Assembly: GCF_009914755.1 (NCBI RefSeq)
Contig: NC_060936.1
DNA from: the human T2T-CHM13v2.0 reference genome, Homo sapiens
Strand: one strand, 5' to 3'
Length of the DNA stretch: 64,000 nucleotides
Part shown: one piece after another, positions 1 through 13,309 of the stretch
Position numbering within the stretch: position 1 is the stretch's first letter
How the letters are laid out: every line of letters starts with the position of its first letter
Made by a program: the position numbers and the translations under genes
Notes under the pieces: generated by a model
What the model was told of the DNA's origin: nothing
Databases searched by the model: none
The model's input: the letters and a program-made list of their open reading frames with translations, nothing else

Positions 1-363
1 GGGTGGGGCCAGATAAGGGACTAAAAGCAGGCTGCCAGCACCAACAGCAACAACCCGTTGACATTTTCTTCCACACCTTGGGAGCTTTGTTCTTCAGGTC
101 TTTGCAATAAATCTTACTGCTGCTCATTGTTTGGGTCCCTACTGCTTTTATGAGCTGTGACACTCATCCCGAAGGTCTGCAGCTTCACTCCCGAAGTCAG
201 CGAGATCACGAAACCAGCAGAAAGAAGAAACTCCGAACTCATCCGAACATCAGAACGAGCAAACTCCGGACACACCATCTTTAAGAACTGTTAACACTCA
301 CGGCAAGGGTCCGCGGCTTCATTCTTGGTCAGTGAGACCAAGAACCCACCAATTGTGGACACA
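1..363 (+). mobile_element. LTR12-family (HERV9) LTR, 3' part; 5' part lies outside the window
   Basis: Recognisable LTR12 segments GGGGCCAGATAAG, AATAAA at 106-111, CACTCA..CGAAGGTCTGCAGCTTCACTC and terminus GAGACCAAGAACCCACCAATT..GGACACA; no primer-binding site follows. Confidence 0.9.
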
Positions 364-2224
364 CTATCTTTGTCCTCGGGCAAGCCCTCTTATAGTGACA
401 AGTTCGAGGTGCTAACTTTCACTCATGGCTATGCCCTTAAGAAGATTCATCCAGGAATCATTACACAAACACAGCACAAGAGTTTTCATGCTTCAAACAT
501 GAAGGGAGTTGTGAGTGGTTAGGAATGAACTACATGCAGTGAAAGATCCCAGAAGAAAGGGTCATTTGAATGATGCAACCTAAACCTAACCCTGGCTAGA
601 GCCTATCATAGAACCTCAGAACACTGTTTTCATAAGCACTTATTGACAGCTAGATGATCCAGGATTTGGGAAAGGGTGACAAAAAAAAAAAAAATCAGAG
701 TCTCTAAGTCAAAGTCAGTTTAAAGTATGAAACAAGCACAGGAGCCAAAATGAGAAGGATCTACTTCCATCCATCGAGGGAGAGGTGATGCATGGGTTGT
801 GAGGGCCACCAGCGTTTCCACCCTTTAAAGACCATACGGTATCACGCATACAAAGACTGAACAGTTCATCCTCATGACGGGTGAACATTTGTAGTTGTAA
901 AAAAAAAAAAATTAAAAAGCTTTTCTTGTGAAAAAGCTTCATAAAAGGCTCCATTTCATCTCAAGTGCCACCTTTTGCCCTTAGCACTTTTCATGAAGCC
1001 TCATGCCTGCAAGGGAGGGGCAGTCATGAAGAAAGGATGGTGGGTGCCCGGTGTGAGCTGGGGTTAGCTGGGGGAATCTGATTTGAAGTAACACAGTTCT
1101 TCTCTGAGCTGCTTTCCCTGCACAGTTGTAATTTAAATAAGTGGTTTCAGAAGCTGGAAGATAGCTTGTTGCTCTTTTTCTAATGAAATACTGGAAAGTG
1201 GATAATTACTGGGAGGAGCCGACTGCAGGCAGCACCCATCAGGGGACGCTTCGTACCCCAAGACGAAGGTAAGGGCAGATGCTGCCTCACCTGGGTGTTT
1301 GGAGTGGACTTCACCTCCCCCAGCCCTGTCTCCCTCCCACTGACTTGGGCTGGTGCAGCTGTGAAACTGACATTTGCTTTTCTTTAAACGCCCACTTCCT
1401 CTTCCTTTGCATGATCCTAAGAAGTCCTGTTGATCCGTAGCCGCTGGGGCCATTTCTTTCTCCGTGGAAAGGTCTAATAAACTATTTCCTATTGAGGTGT
1501 TAAATATTCAGTTCGTCACTTTCAACAGCATTTATTAGTGGAGCAAAATGAAACTCCAGTTAGATAATTCTGAAGTGGTGGATTAGTATTTCAGTTGGCA
1601 TCTCAAATGTCAGAACGGGAGGCATGTGCTGTTGGTTTGTATCCGAGTCTGTGCCCTTGCGGGAAACAAGTTTCTCTCAACAAAAGCACCGGTGGCATTT
1701 GGGCAGGACAGAGTTCACCGTGTGGGACGATGAGGCGGTTTCCTATTCCTGGCCTGTGCCATTGGAACAACTAAAAGTGTCTGTGATTTCCAAATGCCTC
1801 CCTAGGGACACAGAAACACCCAAATAGAAAGTATGTAGAATGCACTAGCCTATTCCTGACCCCCAGCGGGCAGGACTGAACCACAGAGACTTTGCCCAGC
1901 CCTTCCTCTCTCTTCTTGTTGGAAATGCAGCCTTCTGCTTTTGGGATGCCATTCTTCACACTCTGCCCCATCTCTCTTTTGGGACGAACATATAGACACG
2001 CACCCACACGCCACTTAGCAGCCGGAGGCACCAACTCCATTCACTTATGTGATATTGCCGCTCTGGTAACGGAGAGTTGAGGAAAAGCTGAACCCGTGAC
2101 TGGATCATTAAAAGCTCCCTCCCTGGGACTGTTTGATTTCATGATCTGAGCCCAGGAGCTTCCAGCACTCTTGGCTGCAGCCTCCTGGAGAACAGGTGGT
2201 CTAAGTGAGTAAAGCTGTTGCAGG

Positions 2225-2825
2225 GTGAAGATTTGTTTTATGTGCCAACTTGACTTGGCTTAGGGAAGCTCAGGGAGCGGGCAAACATTTAAACATGGTT
2301 TCTGGGTGTGTCTGTGAGGGTGTTTCTTGAAGAAATCAGCATTGGAATCGGTGGGCTGAGTATAGGAGATCTCCCTCTCCAGTGAGGGGGTGCATCCTTC
2401 AGTCCACCGAGGGCCTGAACAGGACAAGAAGGCAGAGGAAGGGCGGATTATTTCTCCCTGAGTTGGGACATCCATCTTCTCCTGCCCTCAAATATAGGAG
2501 CTCCTGGTTCTTGGGCCTTCTGATTCAAACCAGGACCTACACCGCCGTCCACCCGCCAACACACACCATTTCTCAGGCCACCAGGCTCAGTCTGAATCAC
2601 ACCCCTGGCTTCCCTTGGTCCCCAGCTTGCAGAGGGCACATTGCTGGACTCCTCAGCCTCAATAATTATGTGAGCCAGTTCTCATATTAAATGTCCCCTT
2701 GTATGTCTATATCTATACCTATCTATCTATATCTAGATCATCTATGTCTATGTCTATATCTGTATCTATATCTATATCTATAGATCCTATTTGTTCTGTT
2801 TCTCTGGAGATACCTGACTAACACA
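2225..2825 (+). mobile_element. MLT2-family (ERVL) solo LTR with internal (TATC/TATATC)n at ~2703-2782
   Basis: TTTTATGTGCCAACTTGAC, GGGTGTGTCTGTGAGGGTGTTTC and 3' end CCTATTTGTTCTGTTTCTCTGGAGA..CCTGACTAACACA. Confidence 0.8.
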
Positions 2826-2849
2826 CACAGGGAGAACTGGAGTACTAGG

Positions 2850-3045
2850 CAGAAAGAAGAAAGAGAGGAGGGGAAGGCAGAGGAGAGAGAGGGAAAGAGA
2901 GAGGAAGAAGAGAAGGGGAAGGGAAGGAGGGAGAGGGAGAAAGAAGAAAAGAAATGGAAAGAGGGGGAGAGAAAGAGAAAGGGAGGGAAGGAGAGAGGGA
3001 TAATGGAGGGAAGGAGGACAGAGGCAGAGGGAGTAGAGAAAGCCT
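2850..3045. repeat. GA-rich polypurine low-complexity tract
   Basis: Almost exclusively A/G for ~200 nt. Confidence 0.9.
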
Positions 3046-3051
3046 GCAGGG

Positions 3052-3271
3052 CAGGGGTGACCAAACTTTTGGCTTCCCTGGGCCACATTGTAAAAAGAAT
3101 TGTCTTGGGCCACACATAAAATACACTAACATTAACAATAGCTGATGAGCTAAAAAAATAAATTGTAAAAAAATCTCAATGTTGTAAGAAAGTTTATGAA
3201 TTTGTGTTAGACTGTATTTAAAGCTGTCCTGGGCTGCATGTGGCCCACAGACTGTGGGTTGGACAAGCTTG
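3052..3271 (+). mobile_element. MER30 (hAT-Charlie non-autonomous DNA transposon), full length
   Basis: CAGGGGTGACCAAACTTTTGGCTTCCCTGGGCCACATT ... GGGTTGGACAAGCTTG matches the recalled MER30 consensus ends. Confidence 0.9.
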
Positions 3272-5794
3272 TTGTTAAAGTTTTCAAGTCCCTGGTTCTA
3301 GTTGAGACTAAGATTAGCTCTACACTGCTCCTCTTGACATTGGCAACACAGAATAATTTACTTTTTTTTCAATTGTGAATTTCTATCAATTTCATCAAAG
3401 TGCCCTGACCAACCCAAAAGAAAAAGGGGTGATTGATAACCATTCTTGCAATAAAAGAATGTGCAAATGAATGCTTTCCTCTTTCTCTGAAAATCACAGG
3501 AGGCTGCCCCGTGTACTAGTAAAGAATTCTCACACTGGCCCTATCATAAACATCGTTGCAGAGGAAAGCAGACACCTGCAGGCTTTCCCTTCCCTGCCAC
3601 TCTCCTGGGAGCTGAATGCTGGAAGGTAGCCAACCAAAGGCAATGCAGTGCAAACTCCTATGTCCACATGAAGTCCACGAGAAAACTCCTAGTGGAAGAG
3701 CGGGAGATGCCGCAGATCATCTAACGTCGGGCCTACGTACCAGCCTATGCGATGTGGTCACCTACTCTGTCCCAGCAAGTATGTGCCTTATTCTGCCATC
3801 TATACTTCACAATTTGTAGCAATCGAAAGTCTCTTTATTATATGAATTATAGTGGCAACTATTATAATTTTGCCGGGAAGCTGGAGAATGGGAAGATGGA
3901 CAGCAATACAGAGAAATCTCAAGCTTCCACACACTCATCAGTAGGAGAAAGAGAAGAACTCCCCTATTCCCCCTTCCTCACCTTGAGCAAGGATATCTAA
4001 TCAGCAGGGCCACCTTCTCCAGAACCCTGGCTGCAGGAGAGTCTAGGGAATAGAGTTTTAGCTTCCCAATCTCACCAACCAGGAGGAGGGTGGAATGGAA
4101 GTGGAAGGAATCAAACAGTGTCAGCATACTCTTTATTGTAATTGACCTAAAACAAATAACACCACCAAGGTCTCATAGAAGATGGTCTGAGCTCACCCCT
4201 GTGACACATCATTTTAATTGCTAGAGACCCTGAAAATAGTTAATGGATTCTGACACTGCACTTGGAGTTGGGAAGTTGCCTGTATGAAAAACATGGGCTG
4301 AAAATTGATGCTTTACTTGACATGGCTGGTAAAAGCAGGGTTGGGACTACTTGGCCATAGTGGATACTTGTGGTGTTCGCTACTCAATGTCCATTCTGTT
4401 TCTTGGGTCAACAGAACTCTTTAGAAAAAAACATTCTACCTCTAATCTCAGCCACAGAGCTTTGTGGAGCTAACTCAACCTCCAGGATCCAGAGTGCGTC
4501 ATGCAATTTAAGCTAAACCAGTCAGCCCAATCCTTCCACCTGGCCCAGGTTCCAAGGCAGTCCATTCATGGGCAAAATCTTGACTCAATCTTAGGACTTA
4601 TACTTAAGCCATTGAGTAAGCTTTCTTTCCTTCTGCTAGACTAGATGAGTTGATGAGCCTAAATTTCCCCAGACCCAACACACAGAGTTGAAAATGAATC
4701 CAAAAGGAAAGCAATAGATGGACCTCGTATGAGTCTAGGATCAGGCCTCCGTTGTAGGCAGTCCTGTTCATGGACATTTAGTCTTATAGTATATCAACAA
4801 ACGTCACTGGTGAAGACACTTTGGGCCCAGTTTCCTGTCACCAAGAACATTCTGATGGATTTGATACTCACATCAAACTTAGAATATATGTATTTTTATT
4901 ACACCCATTTTAAAGATTAGAAAACAGCCACAGGGTGGTCAAGTATCTTGAATTTATAAGAATAGAGATAGACGAAGGCATCTTTGGCCGTGCTGAAGTT
5001 AATATGATGATGCTAAAATGTTGTGTAACACTTCTAATTCAAACTATTGCCCTTTGCTCTTCTGGAAATAGTGTTGAGTGTATCACTGAAGCAGTTCCCT
5101 GACTCTCATTACCATCCTGCAATCACCTCCAGTTCTTTTCAACCAAAGCCCCAAATTTCTGTATGCCCTATGTGATAACTCTGCATTGCACTCCACTTGT
5201 TAAATCTCTTAACTGGTGATGAAAGCTCTGAATTAAAGCTCTAGATGTTTTCTTATAAGAGAGTATGATCCTTGTGTTCACTACAAGCTAAACAAGGCAT
5301 TTCCCAAAGAGGTTGTCATCTTCTCCTTGCATCATTAAACAAAAATGAAGTCTATCTTTTTCCTTCCCAAAGTCAACATGTGACAATTCGTGGCAAAATC
5401 AAAACTTTCTTTGCTGAAGTTCCCTTTCTTGTAATGCCAGCTACCTCTCAGGAACAGACTGAGATCTCCAAAAGTGAGACATTTGGGAGCAACAGATGCT
5501 CAAGCAAGATATTTCCTGGGAAGAAGGTAGAAGCAAAGACTGGGTTGAGTGTGATCTTCAGCACTGAGTGTTTTCTGCATTCTACTCTGTACGTGTGTGT
5601 ATGTGTGTTGTAGTTAATATACTCAATTTTCTGTGTTTTTGATGAATTGCTGCTGACACCTGTAGAGCCTCCATGGTCTCCATCTTAACTTTCAAGTGCA
5701 ATTGAGAATTCAGCAAAAACGGAATGATGCAAACTCTCATTTCATCACTTCAAACATCTATCAAACTTTTACCTTCTTTCTTCAAAAATAACAT

Positions 5795-6190
5795 TTATAC
5801 ATGCATGTGTATGTTCATTGCAGTACTATTCAAAATAGCAAAGACATGGAATCAACTCAAATGCCCATCAATGATAGACTGGATAAAGAAAATGTGTTAC
5901 ATATGCACCATGGAATACTATGCAGCCATGAAGAAGAACAAGATCATGTGGGAGCTCAACAATGAGAACACATGGACACAGAGAGGGGAACAACACACAC
6001 TGGGGCCTGTTGGGTGAGAGAGGGAGAGCATCAAGATAAATGGCTAATGCATGTAGGGCTTAATACCTAGGTGATGGTTTGATAGGTGCAGTAAACCACC
6101 ATGGCACACATTGACCTATGTAACAAACCTGCACAATCTGCACAGGTATCCTGGAACTTAAAATTAAAATATATTAAATTAGAAACAAAT
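5795..6190 (+). mobile_element. Older L1PA 3' end fragment with an internal deletion
   Basis: ORF2 end (TWNQLKCPSMIDWIKKM), 3'UTR ACCACCATGGCACAC..TGTAACAAACCTGCAC, degenerate A-rich tail. Confidence 0.85.
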
Positions 6191-6737
6191 AAGGTTTAAC
6201 TCCCTACCTATCTCTTTGAAAAGCCTTAACCATTAATTGAGTCATGGCATTTTTAAATGGACTATTCAGTGGCTGTGGAGATGTGTGCTGTGTTTGCTTG
6301 GTTAAGCAGAAAGTAAGTTTTCAAGGATCTCCTGCCTCATATGTTTCCAGGATAAAGTTGGCCAAACATGAATTCATAGACCTAGAATTCACAGATTGAC
6401 AGATTTGGAAGGTGGGAGTGAAGCAGTACTCATTACTGTCTGAAGGTTATAGCAATCAGAGAGGAAATAGAAGACATCTAGCTTCTCTCCTCTCTCCTTT
6501 ACTGTGTTCCTAGCCCTTCTATGGACTGCTTTTCCTATGACCAGCAAGTTGCACCAGAGGTGACAGAACAGTGACAGATTTCCATAGCTTTAAAAAAAAA
6601 CCCAACAAATATACAGAGTTTGTCAGATTTGATTTGTTAATATTTTGTTAAAGGTTTTTCTATCTGTGTTTATGAAAAATATTAGATTGTAATTTTTTTG
6701 TTATGACTTTGTCAGATTTTTATATTAAGATTATGCT

Positions 6738-7156
6738 ATTGTGAATAGTGCTGCAAAAAACATACGTGTGCATGTGTCTTTATAGCAGCATGATTTATAA
6801 TCCTTTAGGTATATACTCAGTAATGGGATTGCTGGGTCAAATGGCATTTCTAGTTCTAGATCCCTGAGGAATCGCGCCACACTGACTTCCACAATGGTTA
6901 AACTAGTTTACAGTCCCACCAACAGTGTAAAAGTGTTCCTATTTCTCCACATCCTCTCCAGCACCTGTTGTTTCCTGACTTTTTAATGATCGCCATTCTA
7001 ACAGGCATGAGGGAGGGATAGCATTAGGAGATATACCTAATGTTAAATGACGAGTTAATGGGTGCAGCACACCAACATGGCACATGTATACATATGTAAC
7101 TAACCTGCACATTGTGCACATGTACCCTAAAACTTAAAGTATAATAATAAGAAAAA
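6738..7156 (+). mobile_element. 5'-truncated, 5'-inverted L1PA (L1PA3/4-like)
   Basis: 6738-~7010 antisense L1, ~7010-7156 sense 3'UTR plus A-rich tail, flanked by ATTATGCT at 6730-6737 and 7157-7164. Confidence 0.9.
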
Positions 7157-7327
7157 ATTATGCTGGCCTTATAAAAATGAATTGAAAAAACTTTATTCTT
7201 CCTTCATTTTCTGAAAGATTTTGTGCAAGTCTGCTGTTGTTTCTATCTTAGATGGTAGATAAACTTCACCAATAAAACCATCTGGGCCTGGAGTTTTCTT
7301 GTTGGGAAGCCTTTTGATAAAGATTTT

Positions 7328-7886
7328 GCAGTAGGCAGAATCATGTCTCCCCCAAAGATGTTCATGCCAAATTCCTGGAAACTGTAACTATATTACTTTA
7401 CAGGACTAAGGGAGTTTTGCAGATTTGATTAAGGGTACAGACCTTGAAATGTGAGATTATCTTGAATTATTCAGGTGAGTCCAATCTAATCACATGAGTC
7501 TTTAAAATCTGAGAATATTTCTGAGCCAGGCCAGAGAGGTGCCAGTGAAGGAAGAATTCAGCTCCTGTTACTGACACTGAACAGTGAACGATAACCCCAA
7601 AGAGGCCTCTAAGAGCCAAGGACAGTTCCCAGCTGACAACCAGCAAGGAAATTAAGACTTCAGTCATTCTGTACCTGGGTAGGACTGAATTCTGCTAACA
7701 CTTGAATGAGCAACACATGAGTTATCTCCTAGAGGCTCTGGTACAGAACAGAATGGAACATTGCTGACCTCTTGGTTTGATCTCAGTAAAACCTATACCA
7801 GGCTTCTCGCCTACAGAACTGTGAGGTAGTAAATTTGTGCTACTTTAATCAATAAAGTTGTGGTAATTTGTCATGGCAACAATAGA
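7328..7886 (+). mobile_element. MLT1D/E-like MaLR solo LTR
   Basis: GGCAGAAT..CCCCCAAAGATGTTCATG, CCAATCTAATCACATGAGTC, CCTACAGAACTGTGAG..GTGGTAATTTGTCATGGCA. Confidence 0.8.
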
Positions 7887-9222
7887 TTTTAGTGACTTAC
7901 AATAAATGTAGAACTCTTCAGATATTCTTTTTCTTCCAGTGTCAGTTTTGGTAAATTTCATTTCTCCACAAAGATTTCCATTTCATCTAAGTTGTCGAAT
8001 TATCGTTCTTGATGATATACTCTTTTACTGTTCAGAAAATCTGTAGTAGTAACTCCTTTTTCATTCCTGACACTGGTAATTCATATTTTCCTCCTTTTTT
8101 CATCAGTTGAGATAGTTTTATAATTGTCACCGATATTTTTTTAAAAAAATAAAATGAAAACAATTTAGACTTTGCTCATTTTCTCTGTTGTTTCTTCCAC
8201 TTACTCACTCACTCTTTTTCTCTCCCCTCTGCCTCTCTGTCTTAATTTTCTTCCTTCCGCTGCTTTTTTGTTTTTTTTCCAACTAGGCTCTTCAAGTATA
8301 GAATTAGGTAAGTGATTTTAGATTTTTCTTTTTTTCTACTGTAAACAAAGCCATAAATTTCCTTTTTAGCACTTTTTAAGCAACATTTTGCAAATTTTAT
8401 TTTGCATTATTATTATTTATTTCAAAATATTTTCTAATTTCCTGTAATTTGTATTTGGTTCATGGATTAGTTAGACATTGTTTAAGTTCCAAATATCTGG
8501 GCTTTTTTTTAGGTATCTTACTGTAATTGGTTTCTAATTTAATTTCAATTTTGATCAGATAACATGCCCTAGATAATTTCCATTCTTTTAAATGTATTTA
8601 AACTTGTTCTTCTGCTCAGCAAATGGTCTATATTGATTAAAATGCCATGTACACTTGAAAATAATGTGGACTCTGAAGTTACCAGGTATAGTGTTTTATA
8701 ATGATCAATTAGGCAAGGTAGTTGATAATGTTCAGATCATCCGTATCTTTACTGACACAGGAGGGGGGAAGAGACGGGATAGGGGAAGCAGGAGAGAGGA
8801 ATGTTGTTTCAATTGCTGATTGCTGATGAGGTGTTTAAATTCTCTGACAATTATTTTGGTATTTTTCATATTTCTCGTTAATTCTGTTTAATTTTTCTTG
8901 GTGTGTTTTGAGTCTTTATTATTAGCTACATATATACTTATGATTTTTATGTCTTTCTGTGTAACTGATGCTTTTAGTATTATGAAATGTCTTTCTTGAT
9001 ATCTGGTTATGTTCTTTGTTTTGAAGTCGATTTTATCTGATATTAATATAGCCATTCTGGTCATCCTACGCTTCCTCTTTACATGATGTATTAGTTTGCT
9101 GGGGCTGCCTTAACAAAGTACCACAAACTGAGTGGCTGAAACAATATAAATGCATTAACATTATCTCATTTTCTTTGGACATATGCCTAGTAGTGGGATT
9201 GCTGGATCACACGGTAGTTCTA

Positions 9223-9511
9223 TTTTTTTAAAAGGGTGTTGCTGTGTCACCCAGGCTGGAGTACAGCAGTGAAATCATAGCTCACTGCAGCCTCAAGCTC
9301 CTGGACTCAACTGATCCTCCCACCTCGGTCTCCATTGTGACTGGGGCACATGCCACCATGTCCAGCTATTTTTTTACTCTAATTTTTATTATTTTGTGGA
9401 GACACGGTCTTATTATGTGCCCAGGGTGGTCTCGAACTCCTGGGCTCAAGCGATCCTCCCACCTCAGCCTTCGAAAGTTATTGGATTACAGATGTGAGTC
9501 ACCACGCTGGC
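9223..9511 (-). mobile_element. AluJ inserted in an antisense L1 fragment (~9165-9780)
   Basis: Diverged dimeric Alu with CTCCTGGGCTCAAGCGATCCTCCC; CTATTTTT on both sides. Confidence 0.85.
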
Positions 9512-10217
9512 TATTTTTATGTTTTTCGAGGAACTTTCATAGTGTTTTACATAACGGCTTCACCAGCTTAAATTCCCACAGTGTGCTAGAGTTCTCTTTC
9601 CTCCAAATCCTCACCAACCCTTGTTATCTTCCATCTTTTTAAGGTCTCATCCTTACAAGGTGGGAGGTGACCGTCTTACTATCATTTTAATTTGTGTCTC
9701 TCTGATAATTAGTAATGCTAAGCGTTTTTTCGTAAATCAGTTGGCCATTTGAGAAATGTTTATTTAAGTCCTTTGCCCATTCTTCTGGCTTTTGAATGCC
9801 AAGTAATTTTGGATTCTGCCTTGCAAATGACAAATGTTATACTTCTGACTGTTTTAAAATTTTGAATTCCATGCAGACTCTATTTTGTTGTATTCATCAA
9901 TAAAGTGTTAACTGAATTTTTTTTTTTTTTTTTTTTTTTTTTGGCTAGTAATGACTTGGTTGGATTCACACTACAAAACGTCTCTTGGGGTTCAGCTTAA
10001 ATCAGCTCAGTCCTTTTATCTTTAGCTATGCTGCTTAATCTTCCCCATGCTCCCGGGGTTCATGCGTCATCCAAAAATGTGGGCAAAGTTAATACAAGCA
10101 ATTGGGGGTCTTTCTTTCTGGCTCTTTCCTTTGTTGGATTTCCCCCTCTGCATTCCAGTAGCAGTGATTGCTACAGATTTTGCTGTCTGGTTCTTCAGTT
10201 TAGAAAGAGTGAGTTTC

Positions 10218-10520
10218 GGCAGGGCGCGGAGGCTCACGCTTGTAATACCAATACTTTGGGAGGCTAAGGCAGGTGGATTGCTTGAGGTCAGGAGTTCAAG
10301 ACCAGCCTGGCCAATATGGCGAAACCCTGTGTCTACTAAAAATACAAAAATTAGCTGGGCATGGTGTTGCGCGCCTGTAATCCTAGATACTCAGGAGGCT
10401 GCGGCACAAGAATTGCTTGAAACTGGGAGACGGAGGTTGCAGTAAGCCAAGATTGCATCACTGCACTCCAGCTTGGGCAACAGAGCGAGACTCCATCTCA
10501 AAAAATAAAAAATAAAAAAA
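10218..10520 (+). mobile_element. AluS, full length
   Basis: Dimeric Alu, A tail, perfect 16-bp TSD AGAAAGAGTGAGTTTC (10202-10217 / 10521-10536). Confidence 0.95.
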
Positions 10521-13309
10521 AGAAAGAGTGAGTTTCTACAGGAGTGTCAGTTGTCACTTGCAGCAATGATTTTGGCCTGTTTTTAGGGGAAATGCCACCA
10601 AAACAGGAAAGTCACTCCACGCCTCTCCTTCCAAATGTCAACTTACCTCCAGAAGCTCCTGTTTTCCTTCACTTTTCATGGCCTTCTGGAAGTCTTTGCG
10701 GTGTTGTTGATGTGTTTGTGTTACTCTTTTTGTTTTGTATCTTATTCAGAATTTATGATTGTTACCTACGTGAAGATCCATCCAGCAGGCGTTGACTTGG
10801 TCATGCCGAAAGCTCAACTCCTTCAAACACTTTTTGAACAGTACCCCTTTCATCTTCCTGCTCTGGTAGCTGGAGACTCCCGCCTCCCTGGATCTCCTGC
10901 GAGTTCCAATTTGTTCCCCTGAAATAGACTGAAAGCTCAGCTTGTCCTGAATCCCATGCCAGAGCCTCAGGGAAGCTGGTCAGTAATTTCTGCTTATCCT
11001 CCGACTCCCTCTTCTGGCTCTTATAGCTCTAGCTTCTCCCACAATTATATAAGATCTCATTCCTAAAAATAGATTCCTATTCCTAGTGGTTCTGTTTCCC
11101 TCACTGAACCTTGATTGAGTTCCATTTGAGTTCCATCCATAAGTAGAATGGCAACCTAAACAATTTATGCTTAATGCTTTTTGTAGTGAGCAGGAGGCAA
11201 CAATTTCACGCCTTCCTTCCACCAACCTTGGTCCTGCTCCCAGCTGGGCTGAGCTGTAATCTCTTGGATGCTCCATAAAGATCAAACGGCTGTCTCCTGA
11301 GCTGTATCGAGGGCACAGCTTTAAGTAGGCATCACTATTTGCTGAACATATCAAAGATGGGCTGCCCCAGGAGGTATCACAACTTTTACTTACAAGTCAG
11401 AGGTAAAGAAGCCAGTAGTGACCATTATTGCCTCTTGAGAACAAAGACATTCATTAGTGTGAAATGCTGCTGAATGTAGCGACACTCTTTTGATTTGTTT
11501 GCCACTTAGACCCCCAAATCTGAGCTTTTCTTTTTTCTCTGCTAGCAACAAATGCTAGTCAGGACCACCAGGGAGCGCTGTTTACTCTATAACCATTCCC
11601 AGGCTGCGTGTGGGTCTGGAGCTGAGATATTTCGCACATAAATTAATGGAATTGGCATTCCATTGTTCCAAGTGTCAAAACAACACAATTTTGGCAGATT
11701 TCCATTTGAAGCTCAATCTTTTTTAACAAGCCATCAGAGAGTCTTAAAGAGAGTTAAAAGCAATGCAGTGGGTCTTTCTATGAAGTGCCTTTGGTTACCT
11801 GGATTGTCTGCCCTGAGAAAGGTGGTTGAAAGCAGCTAATCACACATAAAAGTCACCATTGTCCTCCTTCCCAGAACCTGGCTGGATCTGCTGTGAATCA
11901 CAAGTAATCCCATAGTTTAGGATTTGGATCATGGTCGGCCAGAAGGGGCTTTTTAAAGGTAGTTTAATATTGGAATTGAATTCTGTGTGCATTTCGTAGC
12001 GTGGATGAGTTTGAATTATTTTCTATTAACAATTCCACATTTAGGTCCTTGTGAATAAGGACTACAAAATTGAGAAAATAAATCCAAAGACTTAGGGGTG
12101 GAGAGGGTGAAATCGATATGACAGCAGAACCCAGCCCAATTCAATCCCAACATGTTGGAGCTGGTTTAATCTGCATCTTCTGGCTGGTGGTTATGGGAAC
12201 TGACTGGCTATAACAACTTCCATTCTTGTTTATGGGCTGTCCTGCATACTGTCTCATTCTTTCTGCCAGAAAGACCTGTCTTTCTTTCCTTGCATCTCCA
12301 CTATTAATCTCCCACTGTTCCTGATGCCTGTGATCAAACATCATGAAATTTCTTCAGCCATATTTATTGAGTGCTGGATATGGTCTAGGCTCTGTACTTA
12401 TTTCTGGTGATGTGGCCCTGGGACAAAAGACTTTGCTGAGGGGATAATATTTGCAAGGAGAGGGACATGATAGGAAAAGTATTTCAGGAAGAGAGAGTGG
12501 CAAGTACAAGGACTGTGGAGGGAGAGAACTGGGCAGAGCCAGCAGAGGGAACAGGATAATTAGTATAAGTGGGGGCAGGTGGGCCGTGAAATCATTTTTT
12601 ATCTTCTCTAGGCCTTTAAAACATTTAATGTGTGCCTATTTTCTGATGTTGATTTGAGATATTTGTGCATGCATATTATCCTGCCTAATGGGCTGTCAGA
12701 GGGCAGGCACCCTGCCTATAAGTAATTCACTCAACAGTTACTATTGAACTGAAGAATGCATAGACACAGAGTGGGTCTTATTCCTGCAAGACCTGATCAT
12801 CCACAAGGAACAGGAATGCAGCTGAGTGAGTGGGCATGCAATGAATTTGAATGCCTGGGTGTTCCAATGAGGATGGATTATTATGTGAAGGTGCTGTAAC
12901 AAATAATCCAAACTTTCAGAGGCATACAACAGCAAACATTCACTTCTCATTCCCTTTTTTTTGTGTCCACTGCAGGTTGGCAGGGGTCTGTGCCCATTAA
13001 CGTCACTTAGGGACTCAGTTGATGGAGCAGCTACTAACTAGACCAAAGCCAGTCATTGCACCTGCCCACTCCAAATACTGGGTTCGGTGAGGAGTGTGCA
13101 TTAAATAGCCATTATTAACTGACTGCAGGACGAATTCTCCAGTCTCAAGGTTCTTCTGGAATGACAGAATGCACTGAATATGCTTGTGATTGCTTTATGC
13201 TGAGAAGCAGGAAAGAGTTTAATGTCAGTGAAATTTTCAAATAAATATAGTTTGGATAATATGATTTTGCATAAGTAGATAGGGAGCAGAATAGGGTAAT
13301 TATTTAGGA

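Larger units (their letters stand above)
6620..9085 (-). mobile_element. Ancient L1M fragments, interrupted by the younger L1PA and MLT1 listed below
   Basis: T-rich antisense L1 motifs e.g. AAACCATCTGGGCCTGGAGTTTTCTT, TTTCCATTTCATCTAAGTTGTC, TCTGATATTAATATAGCCA. Confidence 0.7.

Noticed and set aside
5724-7121. ORFs with L1 ORF2-like or L1-derived peptides
   Set aside because: Short truncated L1 remnants; no intact ORF1 or ORF2
9244-10445. 132-aa ORFs here and similar ones at 22787, 40187 and 56336
   Set aside because: Alu-derived reading frames
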